A stretch of 54,579 nt of DNA from positions 1-54,579 of the IMG/VR virus record IMGVR_UViG_3300044801_000147. The stretch is one strand, 5' to 3'. The notes below the pieces were generated by a model that was not told the origin of the DNA, did no database searches, and saw only the letters and a list, made by a program, of their open reading frames with translations. Origin of the DNA: a virus. Its lineage: Duplodnaviria; Caudoviricetes. Below are positions 54,245-54,579 of the stretch, piece by piece. The stretch's first letter is position 1; the number at the start of each line of letters is the position of its first letter. Both the position numbers and the translations under genes were made by a program.

Positions 54245-54579
54245 CCGGGTACCACTACACGTCCGCCGAGAACTACGAGAGGATCAGGACCGAGGGCCTC
54301 GCCCCGTACTGGATCAGGAAGAAGGACCTCGAGCTCTGGTTCGGCGACGGCATCCACGGCATCTGGCTGTGGAAGAACGACCTCGCGGGGAACGACCACC
54401 TCGGCTCGGTGCTCTGGCAGCTCATGACCAAGGCCAGCACGGTCATCGTGAAGCTGCGGGTGGAGTACGGCGAGGAGGACCAGTATGTCCGGCACGGCTG
54501 CCCCGTGGAAATCCTGCACGGCGGCAGGCTGGGCGTGTGGGCCTACCACGACCGCGTCCCCGCCGTCGTCATAGGAAAG
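54241..54579 (+). CDS. ADP-ribosyltransferase-fold-like protein (partial; runs off the window)
   Basis: Open frame from CTG 54241: (M)TGYHYTSAENYERIRTEGLAP..GIWLW. The YHxT..I..EGL.P pattern is typical of Tpt1/DarT/PARP-like ARTs. Not in the ORF track because it has no stop. Confidence 0.55.
   Translation, partial: MTGYHYTSAENYERIRTEGLAPYWIRKKDLELWFGDGIHGIWLWKNDLAGNDHLGSVLWQLMTKASTVIVKLRVEYGEEDQYVRHGCPVEILHGGRLGVWAYHDRVPAVVIGK

Noticed and set aside
1-54579. CRISPR array or alternative genetic code
   Set aside because: No regularly spaced repeat-spacer units were seen. Genes are long and uninterrupted under the standard code, and TAA, TAG and TGA are all used as stops.

Overview
This window is a segment of a large, GC-rich tailed phage genome, most likely a myovirus-type jumbo phage. 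Positions 1-2.5 kb are an RNA-rich island: a ~600-nt highly base-paired non-coding region, further structured blocks, tRNA-Met(CAT), a circularly permuted tRNA mimic resembling YrlA (bacterial Y RNA), tRNA-Phe and two HNH genes. Next come a family A DNA polymerase with a LAGLIDADG intein in motif A, a portal-like protein, and a ~37-kb tail/baseplate module (DUF2793, Ig-repeat, PA14-like/Hint, gp25-like, baseplate J-like). The module is densely invaded by free-standing homing endonuclease genes (HEGs: HNH, EndoVII-like, GIY-YIG, PD-(D/E)xK) and their relics. Three IS200/IS605-family tnpB elements are present; one supplies the start of the lysozyme gene. The window ends with tRNA-Ala, an HNH pseudogene and a truncated ADP-ribosyltransferase-like ORF. 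The most unusual observations are the ncRNA island, a protein-conserved portal fragment fused to a GIY-YIG nuclease, outward-reading starts in tnpB right ends, AT-recoded patches next to HEGs, and dispersed FG-repeat peptides. All calls come from reading motifs by eye; no database searches or folding programs were run.
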